The position numbers and the translations under genes are program-made. Below, one piece after another: positions 40,234-50,615 of a DNA stretch of 64,000 nucleotides. The notes under the pieces are model-generated. The model did not search any database. It was not told the DNA's origin and saw nothing but the letters and a program-made list of their open reading frames with translations. Source of the stretch: an uncultured Ruficoccus sp. (GTDB lineage Bacteria > Verrucomicrobiota > Verrucomicrobiia > Opitutales > Cerasicoccaceae); the NCBI GenBank assembly GCA_965140785.1, contig OZ223475.1:224001-288000 (forward strand), written 5' to 3'. Each line of letters starts with the position of its first letter. Position 1 is the first letter of the stretch.

Positions 40234-42225
40234 ATGAGCATCATCGATTGGGGAATCGTCACGTTACTGTTGATGGCGATGATCGGCATCGTGCTGTATT
40301 CGCGCCGGTACATGCGCGGCGTGGCGGACTATCTCGTGGCTAACCGTTGCGCCGGGCGTTATCTGCTCACCCTGTCCGAGGGGATCGCCGGGCTGGGAGC
40401 CATCACGATCGTGGGAAGCTTCGAGATCACCTATCAGGCGGGCTTTGTGCCGATCTGGTGGGGGTTCTTTCTGTCGCCGCTGGGGTTGATCATCGCGTTG
40501 TCGGGATTCGTTATTTATCGCTTTCGTCAGACGCGCTCGATGACGATGCCGCAGTTTATCGAAATGCGTTATGGGCGGTCTTTTCGTGTTTTTTGCGGCA
40601 TGCTCGCCTTCCTTTCGGGCCTGATCAACTTTGGGGTTTTTCCGGCGATCACGGCCCGTTTCTTCATCCATTTCTGCCAGTTGCCGGAAGCGTTCACGCT
40701 TCTTGGAACGCCGATAGCGACCTTTCCGGTGGTCATGGCGATTGAGCTGAGTCTGGCGTTGTTGTTCGTCTTTATGGGCGGACAGATCACGGTTCTGCTA
40801 ACGGATTTCGCGCAATCGACATTCTGCCTGCTCGCCTTCCTGGTCATCATGCTGTTCCTGCTCTGGATGTTCGATTGGCAGGACATTATCGGTGCTCTGA
40901 AAACCCGCCCGGACGGTGAGTCCATGATTCATCCTTTCAGAGCGGGGAACATGCGGGACTTCAATCTCAGCTATTACCTGATCGGCGTTTTCATGGTGGC
41001 CTATACGACGCGGGCCTGGCAGGGGAGCTCCGCCTATAACTCCTCGGCCCGCACCGCGCACGAGGCCCGCATGGCGGGGATTCTCGCCAACTGGCGCGCC
41101 ATTGCTCAGGCGATGGCCCTCTTGCTCATGCCGCTGTGCGTGTACGCCGTCCTGCACAACCCGGTTTTCAGCGGGCAGGCGACGGAGATTCTCCGTGATC
41201 TCAGTCAGTTCGCCGACCCGGTGGTGCGGCAGCAGATGACGGTGCCGGTTGGTCTCCAGCATATTCTGCCCGTGGGGATGACGGGCCTGCTGGCGGCGGT
41301 GATTCTGGCCGCAGCCGTCAGTACGGACAACACGTACATGCACTCCTGGAGCAGTATCTTTATTCAGGATGTGATCATGCCGTTTCGGAAAAAGCCGCTG
41401 GGCCAAAAACAGCACATCCGGCTTTTACGTTTCGGGCTGGTGGGCGTCGCGTTCTTCGCCTGGTGCTTCAGTGTGATTTTTCCGCTGCGGGATTACATCT
41501 ACATGTTTTTTGACATCACCGGAGCCATCTTTCTGGGCGGGGCCGGCTCTGTCATCATCGGCGGGTTGTACTGGAAGCGGGGGACGACGGCGGGCGCCTG
41601 GGCCGCCATGCTCGTGGGGGCCGTGCTCTCGGTGGGCGGGCTCTGCGTCCAGTCTTATTGGACATCCATTTCGCCCACGCTGATTCACTGGTTCCCGCAG
41701 TGGACATATCTGCAAAGCGTGGCCGATGACTTTCCCTATAACGGGCGTCACATGATGTTCTTTGCCATGTTGTGCGCGATTTTTTCCTACGTCGGCGTTT
41801 CGCTGCTCCAAAATTACGTGCATAATATGGACAAGCTGCTTCATCGCGGCGCATACCGCCGGGCGGATGATCCATCCGTCGATAAGCCGCTCAAATCCTG
41901 GCGTAGCCTGGGGATGGGGGCGGAATTCACCTTTTGGGACAAGGTGATTTACATCAGTACGATTGTCTGGGTGCTGGGATGGTGGTGCGTGTTTCTGATC
42001 GGCAGTGCGGTCAATCTGGTGGCCGACATTGGCGAGGACGCGTGGATAGCCTTCTGGAAGATCAATCTGTGGATTTCCGTGCTGCTCGCCGTTTTTACCT
42101 CCCTGTGGTTTATCGCGGGCGGCATTCGGGATGTGCGACAGATGTTTCACGACCTGCGGCATGCGAGGGTGGACGAGGACGATGATGGCCGGGTCATCGA
42201 TGGTGAAAACGCCGATGACCGGTGA
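40234..42225 (+). CDS. Sodium:solute symporter (SSS) family transporter
   Basis: DYLVANR, FIEMRYG, LPVGMTGLLAAVILAAAVST, GGLYWKRGT; many TM helices. Confidence 0.92.
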   Translation: MSIIDWGIVTLLLMAMIGIVLYSRRYMRGVADYLVANRCAGRYLLTLSEGIAGLGAITIVGSFEITYQAGFVPIWWGFFLSPLGLIIALSGFVIYRFRQTRSMTMPQFIEMRYGRSFRVFCGMLAFLSGLINFGVFPAITARFFIHFCQLPEAFTLLGTPIATFPVVMAIELSLALLFVFMGGQITVLLTDFAQSTFCLLAFLVIMLFLLWMFDWQDIIGALKTRPDGESMIHPFRAGNMRDFNLSYYLIGVFMVAYTTRAWQGSSAYNSSARTAHEARMAGILANWRAIAQAMALLLMPLCVYAVLHNPVFSGQATEILRDLSQFADPVVRQQMTVPVGLQHILPVGMTGLLAAVILAAAVSTDNTYMHSWSSIFIQDVIMPFRKKPLGQKQHIRLLRFGLVGVAFFAWCFSVIFPLRDYIYMFFDITGAIFLGGAGSVIIGGLYWKRGTTAGAWAAMLVGAVLSVGGLCVQSYWTSISPTLIHWFPQWTYLQSVADDFPYNGRHMMFFAMLCAIFSYVGVSLLQNYVHNMDKLLHRGAYRRADDPSVDKPLKSWRSLGMGAEFTFWDKVIYISTIVWVLGWWCVFLIGSAVNLVADIGEDAWIAFWKINLWISVLLAVFTSLWFIAGGIRDVRQMFHDLRHARVDEDDDGRVIDGENADDR

Positions 42226-42408
42226 AGCTTTTTTTTCGCCCTTTTATGGGGACGTGCGAGGGCTCAACCATGAAGCATGGAACGCTATTGTGCCTTTGCG
42301 GGGTTATTGACTTTTGACGGTGATTGCAAATCCACCGACCCGGTGGGCATCAGCTCTTGCCATTTTCTCCAAGTTTTTGAGGAAGGGAGCACGCACTCTT
42401 CCCGCACA

Positions 42409-42444
42409 CAAAAAAAGCCCCCGTCTGACCGAGACGGGGGCTTT
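42409..42444 (-). terminator. Intrinsic terminator, possibly bidirectional
   Basis: AAAGCCCCCGTCT / AGACGGGGGCTTT stem with an A-tract on the left, between convergent genes. Confidence 0.85.
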
Positions 42445-42478
42445 CTGATATGGCTGCTAAAGGAGTCTGCCTGCCTGC

Positions 42479-43330
42479 TTAAGCAAGCGCAAAGATCGCG
42501 TCCATCGCCCGCGAGGTGTTATAGATGATCACATCGGGGGCGTGCTTGTACATCGGCACGGGCGGGATCATTTCTCCGGCCACCCAGCCGGTGTAGCCGA
42601 CTTCTTTCAGGGCGGCTACCACGCCGGGCCAGTTGACGTCACCCGCGAGCAGGTCGCAAAAGCCGTCCACGGTGCCGACCGGGCGTTTGAAGTCTTTGAA
42701 GTGAACGCGTCCGATGCGCTCGCCGAGGATTTGGATCCAGTCCTCGGGGTAGCCGGTGGCCAGCGTATTGCCCACGTCGAGGTAGCTGCGGACAAAGGGG
42801 CTGTCGAATTGATCGATGAACTGCCGCATCTCCAGCGGGGAGAGCAGGAACTTGTTCCAGACGTTTTCGATACAGATCTGTACGCCCGCTTCCGAGGCAG
42901 CGGGCAGGGCGTCCGCGATGAATGCCGTGGCGCGCTCCCAGGCCAGGTCGTAGGGGACGATTTCACAGTCGGGGATGAAGTCTACGCCCACCGATCCTGG
43001 AACCACAAGGATGCCGTCGAGCTCCAGCGTGTGTGCCACCTCGATCTGCTTTTGGAGAATGGCGGCGGCCTTGTCGCGATTAGCAGTGTCGGCCGAGGCC
43101 GCGTTCGCGCCCCAGTACAGGCCGCAGGCCAAGCCGCTGATGGCCAGACCATGTGCTTCGGCCAGTTCGCGGACCTCCCGAAGGTCGGACGCAGTGGAGG
43201 CGAGGGATACCGGACCGGTCTCAGCCAGTTCAAGTTCGATCGCGGGAAAGCCGGCGTCGTGCGCCAGCGAGAATTTTTCCGGCAGGGATAAAGCCGGGTT
43301 GAAGGACCAGATATTAATGCTCTTTTTCAT
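42479..43330 (-). CDS. Sugar-phosphate isomerase/epimerase (xylose-isomerase-like TIM barrel)
   Basis: ICIENVWNKFLLSPLE, YLDVGN, VHFKDF, GDVNWP. Confidence 0.9.
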   Translation of the reverse strand: MKKSINIWSFNPALSLPEKFSLAHDAGFPAIELELAETGPVSLASTASDLREVRELAEAHGLAISGLACGLYWGANAASADTANRDKAAAILQKQIEVAHTLELDGILVVPGSVGVDFIPDCEIVPYDLAWERATAFIADALPAASEAGVQICIENVWNKFLLSPLEMRQFIDQFDSPFVRSYLDVGNTLATGYPEDWIQILGERIGRVHFKDFKRPVGTVDGFCDLLAGDVNWPGVVAALKEVGYTGWVAGEMIPPVPMYKHAPDVIIYNTSRAMDAIFALA

Positions 43331-43356
43331 TCGGTGAAGGGGAGTTGGTGGTGATG

Positions 43357-44382
43357 TTACAGGCTCACGGTTTGCCCGCTCCGGGCCGACTCGATCTCGG
43401 CCAGCGCGACGCGGACCGATTGGGTAGCCTGCCCGGCGGTAGCGTCCTCGATCGGAGAACCACTTTCCAGGCATTGGATAAAGGCGGCGATCTCGTTGTA
43501 GTAGCCGCCCAGGTTGGAGATGTTACCGCCCTTGAAGCTGGATTCCTGCTGGCCGGCTGTGGCGAAGGGCAGAGCCTGCTTCGGAGAGCCGGGCTCGGTG
43601 ATGACGAGCGTGGGCTCGGCGCCGCTGTCGTATTCGAGGGTGGCGTTTTCGTACATGGCCTGGAAAGCCATCTGGAAGCCCCACGTGTCGGGGTAGTTCC
43701 AACCTCCCTCTGCGTATACGACGGGGCCGTCGAAAGCATAATGGGTAAAAATATGGCTCGGCCCGGTGGGGTCGAAATGCGCGTGGCTGGTGACGGCCTT
43801 GGGCTGGCCGAGCAGGGCGAGGACGAAGTCCGTGTCGTGGATGTGCAGGTCGAAGGCAGCGCCGTTACTGCGGGCTTCGTCGTTGAGCCAGTTGCCTTCG
43901 GCATAGGCGGGACGGGAGGAGCGACGCTGCATGGTCAGGCTGAGTAGTTGGCCACCTTTGCCGCTGGCGTGAAACTCCCGCAGGGCCTGATACTCGGGCC
44001 AGAAGCGGATGCACTGACCCACCTGGAGAGGCACCCCGGCCTGCGCCGCGGCGGCGCTGATCCGCTCGGCCTCTTCGGTGCTGAGCGCGAGCGGCTTTTC
44101 ACAGAAGACCGCCTTGCCCGCCGCGATGCCCTTGAGCGCGAACTCCAGGTGCAGGTCCGTGGGCAGGCACACGTCGAGCACATCGAACGCTGTCGCCGCC
44201 AGGGCCTCTTCCACCGTTGCGTACACCGGCACGTCGGCCATGCCGAGGTCGTCGAGCTTTTGACGTGCGGCCTCGCCCTTGAAATCGACGACGCCTACGA
44301 GCGTGGCGTTATCCAATTGCGCGTAAATCTGGGCGTGCATCGCCCCCATAAACCCCATTCCCACAATAACCGTTTTTTTCAT
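43357..44382 (-). CDS. Gfo/Idh/MocA family oxidoreductase
   Basis: VGMGFMG, VFCEKP, IRFWPEY, DLHIHDTD. Confidence 0.92.
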   Translation of the reverse strand: MKKTVIVGMGFMGAMHAQIYAQLDNATLVGVVDFKGEAARQKLDDLGMADVPVYATVEEALAATAFDVLDVCLPTDLHLEFALKGIAAGKAVFCEKPLALSTEEAERISAAAAQAGVPLQVGQCIRFWPEYQALREFHASGKGGQLLSLTMQRRSSRPAYAEGNWLNDEARSNGAAFDLHIHDTDFVLALLGQPKAVTSHAHFDPTGPSHIFTHYAFDGPVVYAEGGWNYPDTWGFQMAFQAMYENATLEYDSGAEPTLVITEPGSPKQALPFATAGQQESSFKGGNISNLGGYYNEIAAFIQCLESGSPIEDATAGQATQSVRVALAEIESARSGQTVSL

Positions 44383-44571
44383 AATAAGTATGTTTTATTG
44401 TTAGATAAATATTTTAAACGAGGAGCCTGTGCCATTCTCATCGGGCAGTCGCTCAGGTCGCGCGATGTGCGTTCGAGGAGGGACGATTGGCTCATAGTGC
44501 CTAGGATACCATATTTCATAATGGGCTATTATTGTTGATTTCAGAACTTTTTTTGATTAAATCGGAAATGA

Positions 44572-45435
44572 ATGAAGGGCCTTCACTTTCCGTCAACATT
44601 GCCGTCGCCGGACAACTATTATCAGGGGATTGGTCAGGCCGTGCGCCCCATCACCCAGAATGTCCTGATGTTCATGCGCCTGGAGCGCACCGCGCTCCAG
44701 CAAAAGCACTTTGCCAATCGCTCTCACCATCGCCATGTCTTGACGCTGGTGCTGGAGACTCCGGGCAGTGTGATCGTCAATGGGGCGGAGATTCCCTTAC
44801 GCGAGGGAGATGCGCTGCTGGTGCAGCCTTTTCAGTTTCACCACTTCATCAATCTGGAGCGTGACCGCCTGCAATGGCTTTTTATCACGTTCGAACTGTC
44901 CGAGGCGAGCGCCCCGCTTGAGGAGCTGGCGCAGCGAGTCCTGCCGCAGGACCCAAGCTGTCTGGCGCTCTGGTCCGAGCTTGCCGGCCTTTGGCAGCGA
45001 GCGGCTCGGGAGGAAAGGGATGAAATCCTGCCTTTGCTGGATCGCCTGCTGATGAAAATGTCCTGGCAGACGCAGCACGGGCCGGGCAGGCGTATTCGCC
45101 CCGGCATCACATCGTGGATAGCGAAAGCGCAGAGCAAGCTGCTGGAGGCGGTCGAACAAGGCTGGACGCTCGAAACGGTGGCGGGCAGTGTCGGCCTTTC
45201 CGAACGCCAGTTCCGCAACCGGTTTGAGGCTGAGACTGGCGTAACCATTCGGCAGTACCGGGCGAACTACCAGCTTCACCGAGCGCTGGCGCTGATGCGC
45301 GATTCTCGCCTGTCTCTGACTCAGGTAGCCGAGTTGGTGGGCTTTCAGTCTTCAGCCGCCTTTACACGTTTTATTCGCCGTGAGACCGGGAGTGCGCCCC
45401 TTGCGCTACGCCGGCGCCTCCGCGAGGAGAGGTGA
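44572..45435 (+). CDS. AraC family transcriptional regulator
   Basis: Cupin-like N-terminus (PFQFHHF); SLTQVAELVGFQSSAAFTRFIRRETG. Confidence 0.9.
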   Translation: MKGLHFPSTLPSPDNYYQGIGQAVRPITQNVLMFMRLERTALQQKHFANRSHHRHVLTLVLETPGSVIVNGAEIPLREGDALLVQPFQFHHFINLERDRLQWLFITFELSEASAPLEELAQRVLPQDPSCLALWSELAGLWQRAAREERDEILPLLDRLLMKMSWQTQHGPGRRIRPGITSWIAKAQSKLLEAVEQGWTLETVAGSVGLSERQFRNRFEAETGVTIRQYRANYQLHRALALMRDSRLSLTQVAELVGFQSSAAFTRFIRRETGSAPLALRRRLREER

Positions 45436-45569
45436 GCGTGAGAGCCATTTAGAGGGCTGGCTCCTGCTCTTTCATCGCTGTCCGTGACCGAAGCTCTAGG
45501 CGTAATCAGACCGGACGGCTTTGGGGGACACACAACGGTGGCACATGCGCGAAAATCAGCTAAGACTAC

Positions 45570-46595
45570 TCAACGCCTGACAGAGCTTCCGTTGCGCCAT
45601 ATGCCGGGTAGCAGGTGGACTCGTCGTTCGACGGGAATTCCGCGTTCATTGTTGCGTATGCGGGCCACCAGCGTATCGACCGCCAGGTGTGCGAGTCTGT
45701 CCACCGGCTCCACGACGCCCGCATAGCGGCTCGCCAAGCCCTCCTGCTCCGGCACAACCAGGAGTGCAACTCCGATGTCGCGAGGCAGGGATAGCTTTCG
45801 TTTGCGTAGCGCACCCAGGCAACCGATGGGGTCGTCCATTGTGATCACGGCGTCCGGAGACCACTGGTCCAACCATTGGTCGAAGCACCCATCGTCGAGG
45901 CTGGGCTCTTGAAAAAGTATCGGCCCCGTGGTTGAGAGGGAATGCTGCTGATTCAGGTAGGAGCCTCTCCAGATGCCTGCGACACGTTCATTGTAGGCGC
46001 GGGTTAGGGCGAAGCCGATACGTCGGTAGCCCAGTTCGTGCAAGTGACGGAAGCAGATTTCCATCGTCTGAAAATGATCAGCAGAGATCAAATCGACCGG
46101 CGGCCATTGGATGGACCGCCCCATGGCCACGGCTGCAAACGACTCGATATTCAACTCGATCCGCGAATGTGGTTCGGGGCGGGGGCCAAAGATAACGCCG
46201 GCAACTCCGCGGGAGGTCAGGATCGTTTCAAAGCGTGCCAGCGATGTCCCCGGCGTGTGCTCCCAGAAATAGTCCAGGCTGTATCCGAGCAACTCCGCCC
46301 GTTGACGCGCCGCTCGAAAGAGGGCTGTTTCGTAAGGGGCTTCATCCGAAGGCGTCGCACCGAACCAGGCCAGGGATTGGCCTCGTGAGATGGGGCGCCG
46401 GGTGCGGCGGTAGGCATTGAGGCTGGAGAGGACGGGATCGGGACGATAGCCCAGTGCCTCAGCAGCCTGCCGGATGCGCTCAACCGTTTCGGTGGAATGG
46501 CGTGCGTGCCGTCCCAAGGCCCGCGAAACAGTCGCCTGACTGACGCCGAGCTTTGCAGCGAGTTCACGTTGAGTGAGCCGTGTTCCTGTGGGCAT
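45570..46595 (-). CDS. LacI family transcriptional regulator
   Basis: TQRELAAKLGVSQATVSRAL; LGYRPDP; LGYRRIGF. Confidence 0.9.
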   Translation of the reverse strand: MPTGTRLTQRELAAKLGVSQATVSRALGRHARHSTETVERIRQAAEALGYRPDPVLSSLNAYRRTRRPISRGQSLAWFGATPSDEAPYETALFRAARQRAELLGYSLDYFWEHTPGTSLARFETILTSRGVAGVIFGPRPEPHSRIELNIESFAAVAMGRSIQWPPVDLISADHFQTMEICFRHLHELGYRRIGFALTRAYNERVAGIWRGSYLNQQHSLSTTGPILFQEPSLDDGCFDQWLDQWSPDAVITMDDPIGCLGALRKRKLSLPRDIGVALLVVPEQEGLASRYAGVVEPVDRLAHLAVDTLVARIRNNERGIPVERRVHLLPGIWRNGSSVRR

Positions 46596-46609
46596 GCCAG
46601 GTGTGGAAT

Positions 46610-46643
46610 GAATACGAGTGTATCAGTATACACAACGGTATTC
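46610..46643. promoter_or_regulatory. Nested inverted repeat, candidate operator
   Basis: GAATAC..GTGTAT-CAGT-ATACAC....GTATTC in the short divergent LacI/GH42 spacer. Confidence 0.5.
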
Positions 46644-46677
46644 TTGCAGACGCTCGGGTAGGAGAAAAAACTGTTGT

Positions 46678-48720
46678 ATGACATTGCCCAAGCATTCCCC
46701 TTACTTATTCGGTGCAGTCTACCTCCTGGAACCCGAATATCCCTGGTCGGAGATCGAGCGAGATATGCGACTCATGAAAGAGCATGGGTTTAACTACGTC
46801 ACGCTCTGGCCGGCGGCCAATTCATGGCTGGCGCAGTCACCGGACGAGTTTGTCTTCACCGACACGATTCGCTTCCTGGACCTTGCCCACGCGCACGACA
46901 TGAAGGCGCTCGTCCAGCTAATCGGGCAAAACCAGAGCCAGGAATATGCGCCTGACTGCCGGATGCGCCCCGACATGAAACTGAATGATCCTGCGCCTGG
47001 CTGGCGGAACTGTTTCTGGGCCAATCTCAATCACCCGGAGGTGGATTCCCTCGTACAACGCTACTTGACCGCCTGCATTCAGGCTTTGCGCAACCATCCT
47101 GCGGTGTACGGATGGGACCTGTTCAACGAGGCGCACTTTCGCAGCGATGATCCTTTTACGACCGAGGCCTACCACGAATGGCTGAGGGAGCGCTATGGTT
47201 CCATTGACGTACTGAACCGCAAGTGGCTGCGGCGTTACCGTGACTTTTCCGAGATAGATCCCTCCGACCGCGAAGCCCCCTACAGCATTTGGAGCAGTGT
47301 GCTCCCCACCGTGGAATACGAGGCGTTTCGCGCGGCCAACCTGACGGCGATTTGCCAGCGTTGGGCCAATTATGCGCGGGCACTCGACTCCGAGCATCCG
47401 GTAATCATCGACGGGACATCGGGGCAGCTTCTGGAGGCTTCGATCATCGAAAGAAATAATGACGAGTTCACTACGGCGCAGACGGCGGATATTTTTGGGG
47501 GGACGTTTTACCCCAAAAGCTGGGGGCGGGACCTGAGTGCGCGTCCCTGGGAACTGATGCATTACTACGGGATGAGCCGCGCGGCGGCGGTTAAGGCAGG
47601 GAAGCCTTATCATATCAACGAACTGCAGACGCATACGCAATCCGTGCTCACGCCGGGTTCCGAGATGCTGCCGGACGAGTTGTCCGTCTATATCTGGGCG
47701 GCCATTGCCGCCGGCGCGGAAGCGATCCAACTCTGGCGTTGGCGGCCATTCCTTCGCGGCTATCAAAGCACGGGACGCGGTCTCACACGCCTCGACGGAA
47801 CGCCGGGCCCACGTGCGGATGCGGTGGCCGAGGTGGTGCGGTGTCTGCGCACGCATGAATCGGCACTGGCGAGCAGCCACCCGGTGAGAGCCGATGTGAA
47901 AATCGCGGTCGGCTATCGTTCGCGCCTGTTGCATGATGCGTTCTTGAAATGGGGCCCCAGCCGCCAGCCTGAGTCATTACGCGGATGGAATCGTTTGTTT
48001 CTCGCCGCGGGGCTGGCTGTGGAAGCTACCAGCGTGGAGCATTTCGATGAAGATGATTTGGAAACACCCGTAATCGTTTTGCCGGCGATGATAGCGCTCA
48101 GTGAATCCCAAGTCGCGTGGTTGGAAAATTACGTCCGTGAAGGGGGGTGTCTGGTGGCCGAATCACGGCTGAACGTGGTGGACACAGACGGTGTCGTGCG
48201 CGAGGAGGGGCCGCCCGGATCCGCGCTTTCGCAGGTTTTCGGAGTGGTTGAGCGCGATGTCGGGCCGTCGGCTGTTTTCAACTGGGGCGAATTGCAGCTC
48301 GTGGCTCCGTTTATGACTCAGGAGCTCGAGGTCGCCACCGATGCCGAGGTGCTGGCCTACGACGAAGATGGCCGTCCGATGATTGTCTCCCACCAGTACG
48401 GCCGCGGGCGGACGCTCTATTTCGCCGGCATACAGGGGCAGCTGTGGCACCGGGAACTTACTCCCGAGGCCTTGGCATGTGTACTGACCGAGGTGTTACC
48501 GGGCTCTCCTCGGCAAGTCGAGAAACCCGAGGATGTGATCGTGCGCTGGCATGACAATGAAACCCACACCCTTGCCTTCGTGATGAACTTTGGCACGAGC
48601 CTGGCGCACATTAAGTTCTCCGATAAGCTCGGCACCGGGACAGAACTGCTGACGGGAACCGATACCTCCCCCCTGCTGGTGCCGGGGCGGACAACACGGC
48701 TGGTTCAGTGGAGCAAGTAG
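46678..48720 (+). CDS. GH42-like beta-galactosidase
   Basis: HPAVYGWDLFNE, WLRERYGSIDVLN..W, INELQ, WRWR, trimerisation-like domain; no signal peptide. Confidence 0.85.
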   Translation: MTLPKHSPYLFGAVYLLEPEYPWSEIERDMRLMKEHGFNYVTLWPAANSWLAQSPDEFVFTDTIRFLDLAHAHDMKALVQLIGQNQSQEYAPDCRMRPDMKLNDPAPGWRNCFWANLNHPEVDSLVQRYLTACIQALRNHPAVYGWDLFNEAHFRSDDPFTTEAYHEWLRERYGSIDVLNRKWLRRYRDFSEIDPSDREAPYSIWSSVLPTVEYEAFRAANLTAICQRWANYARALDSEHPVIIDGTSGQLLEASIIERNNDEFTTAQTADIFGGTFYPKSWGRDLSARPWELMHYYGMSRAAAVKAGKPYHINELQTHTQSVLTPGSEMLPDELSVYIWAAIAAGAEAIQLWRWRPFLRGYQSTGRGLTRLDGTPGPRADAVAEVVRCLRTHESALASSHPVRADVKIAVGYRSRLLHDAFLKWGPSRQPESLRGWNRLFLAAGLAVEATSVEHFDEDDLETPVIVLPAMIALSESQVAWLENYVREGGCLVAESRLNVVDTDGVVREEGPPGSALSQVFGVVERDVGPSAVFNWGELQLVAPFMTQELEVATDAEVLAYDEDGRPMIVSHQYGRGRTLYFAGIQGQLWHRELTPEALACVLTEVLPGSPRQVEKPEDVIVRWHDNETHTLAFVMNFGTSLAHIKFSDKLGTGTELLTGTDTSPLLVPGRTTRLVQWSK

Positions 48721-48742
48721 CTTCCTGAGGCAGGACCAACGC

Positions 48743-48767
48743 ATGCCCCCATCTGTAGGGGGGGCAT
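48743..48767. terminator. Hairpin between convergent genes
   Basis: ATGCCCCC / GGGGGCAT stem. Confidence 0.45.
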
Positions 48768-48795
48768 ACAGGTCACATTTCTTTTTGAAAGTGCT

Positions 48796-50220
48796 CTAGA
48801 TCTTGCCGCGGCGGTCTTCCAGTTGCCCCCGGATGTCTTCCAGGTGGTGACGTGTCAGCGGGTACAGCAGGATGAGCCCCAGGGCGATCATCCAGATGAC
48901 GACCGGGGTTAAAATGAACATCCACTTCATGCGCAAGAGCACGTCCATGGGCTGTTGGGCCAGCAGCACATCGAAGCCCGACACTTCCAGCATCAGTCCA
49001 CCCGCGCCCAGGGCGAGGGTATGCGAGACTTTGAGAAACCAGGAGTAAAACGCGTTGAGGGAACCTTCGCGTCGGCGTCGGGTGTCCAGCTCGTCGTAGT
49101 CGGCGACGTCGGCCTTCATTGAGGGCATGAACAGCCAGAAGGCCGATATGCACCCGGCCTGGAGCGCGGCCGGGATCAGTTGCAGGTAGGGTAGCTGAGG
49201 ATTCAGGCAGAAATAGTACAGCAAATGCCCCACCATCCCGCTGATCAACACGGCAGCGACGAGAATCTTCTTGTCGAACTTCTGGCTCAGCCAGGTCAGT
49301 ACCGGCAGCGAGAGGAGGCCGACGATCACGATAGTGGTATGGCGCCACCCATCGACAATGGAAGCGTCGGCTATCTTCCCGCCGTTGACCAGGTAGATGT
49401 TCACGTACTGGCCCAGGCTGGTGACTGAGGAGTTCCCCAGGGTGAGGAAAAAAGTCGTACCGATCAGGAACCATAGTGGCTTGCAGCGGAACGACTCCTT
49501 GACACTCTGCCAGAGCGGATCGCGGGCCTGATGACTGGCCTCTTTTTTGTAATAGCGCTCCTTGACGAATAAGGCTGGGATAATCCCAAAGATCATGATC
49601 AGGACGAGGAGGAACCAACTGCAGGTGCGAACGCCATGCACGATGTCCGCCTCGCCCGTTTCCGGATTGGTGAACCATGGGCCGGTGACGATGGCCATCG
49701 TCCAGCCGCCGATCAGTGTCATCACCTTGCCGAAAAAGGCCATCCACGCCGCCAGACGGGTACGCTCGTCGTAGTTGGGCGTGAGCTCCATCTGAAGCGC
49801 GTTGTAGGGCATGGACCAGCAGGTGAAACTGGTGTAGAAGAGCCAGCCGACGAACAGCAGGTAAAAGAATATGCCCATCTCGTCCCAGCCGGCAGGCGGC
49901 CGCCACAGAAAGGGGTAGACCGCAGCAGTCAGGATCGCCCCGACAAAAATGAAGGGGCGGCGTCGGCCCCAGCGCGTGCGGGCATTGTCGGAGATGTTGC
50001 CCATTACCGGGTCGGAGATCGCGTCCCAGGCCCGCAGGATCATCAGGCACAGGGCCAGCAGCCCGGGATTGACCTTTAGGCCGATGTTGAAATACGGCAT
50101 CCACAGCATGTTCAGCGTGATGTAGGTGGCGAAGTAGTCCATCTTTCCCCCGATGGCGAAAGCGATCTTCTGCCAGAACGGGATGCGGTCGGCTTCGGGA
50201 ATGTGACGTTGGCGGGTCAT
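48796..50220 (-). CDS. GPH-family MFS sugar:cation symporter, paralogue of 24848-26272
   Basis: Same length (474 aa) and long identical blocks, e.g. WDAISDPVMGNISDNARTRWGRRRPFIFVGAILTA. Confidence 0.93.
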   Translation of the reverse strand: MTRQRHIPEADRIPFWQKIAFAIGGKMDYFATYITLNMLWMPYFNIGLKVNPGLLALCLMILRAWDAISDPVMGNISDNARTRWGRRRPFIFVGAILTAAVYPFLWRPPAGWDEMGIFFYLLFVGWLFYTSFTCWSMPYNALQMELTPNYDERTRLAAWMAFFGKVMTLIGGWTMAIVTGPWFTNPETGEADIVHGVRTCSWFLLVLIMIFGIIPALFVKERYYKKEASHQARDPLWQSVKESFRCKPLWFLIGTTFFLTLGNSSVTSLGQYVNIYLVNGGKIADASIVDGWRHTTIVIVGLLSLPVLTWLSQKFDKKILVAAVLISGMVGHLLYYFCLNPQLPYLQLIPAALQAGCISAFWLFMPSMKADVADYDELDTRRRREGSLNAFYSWFLKVSHTLALGAGGLMLEVSGFDVLLAQQPMDVLLRMKWMFILTPVVIWMIALGLILLYPLTRHHLEDIRGQLEDRRGKI

Positions 50221-50615
50221 GAAATAAGCGGCGGAAAAGGGTTACTGGTGCAGGAGTTGGAAGAAACGCGTATGGATGATAGATCTGCCGCCCCACAAAC
50301 TTCATGGGCGTGATTGGCCCGGGAATGCTGCTCGAATCATGGCAGGGGCATCACCGGAGAGAGTGATTTGAGTCGATGTCTTTTCGGAAGCTAGAGAAAG
50401 AAAGTGCCGAAAACCGGACGCTGGTAAGCAGACCCGGAAACTTTTGCTCGAGCCACAAAATCATAGCGAATACACTGCGCCATGCCAATATCGACGGCCT
50501 TGAAAAATGATGAATTTGTGCGCTTTTTCAGTGTCCGAATTTGTCGAATGCCGCACCGGGCTGTTCTGTCCGTCTTACCGATGGCAGTGATCGTTATGTC
50601 GGGCACCCACAGTGC

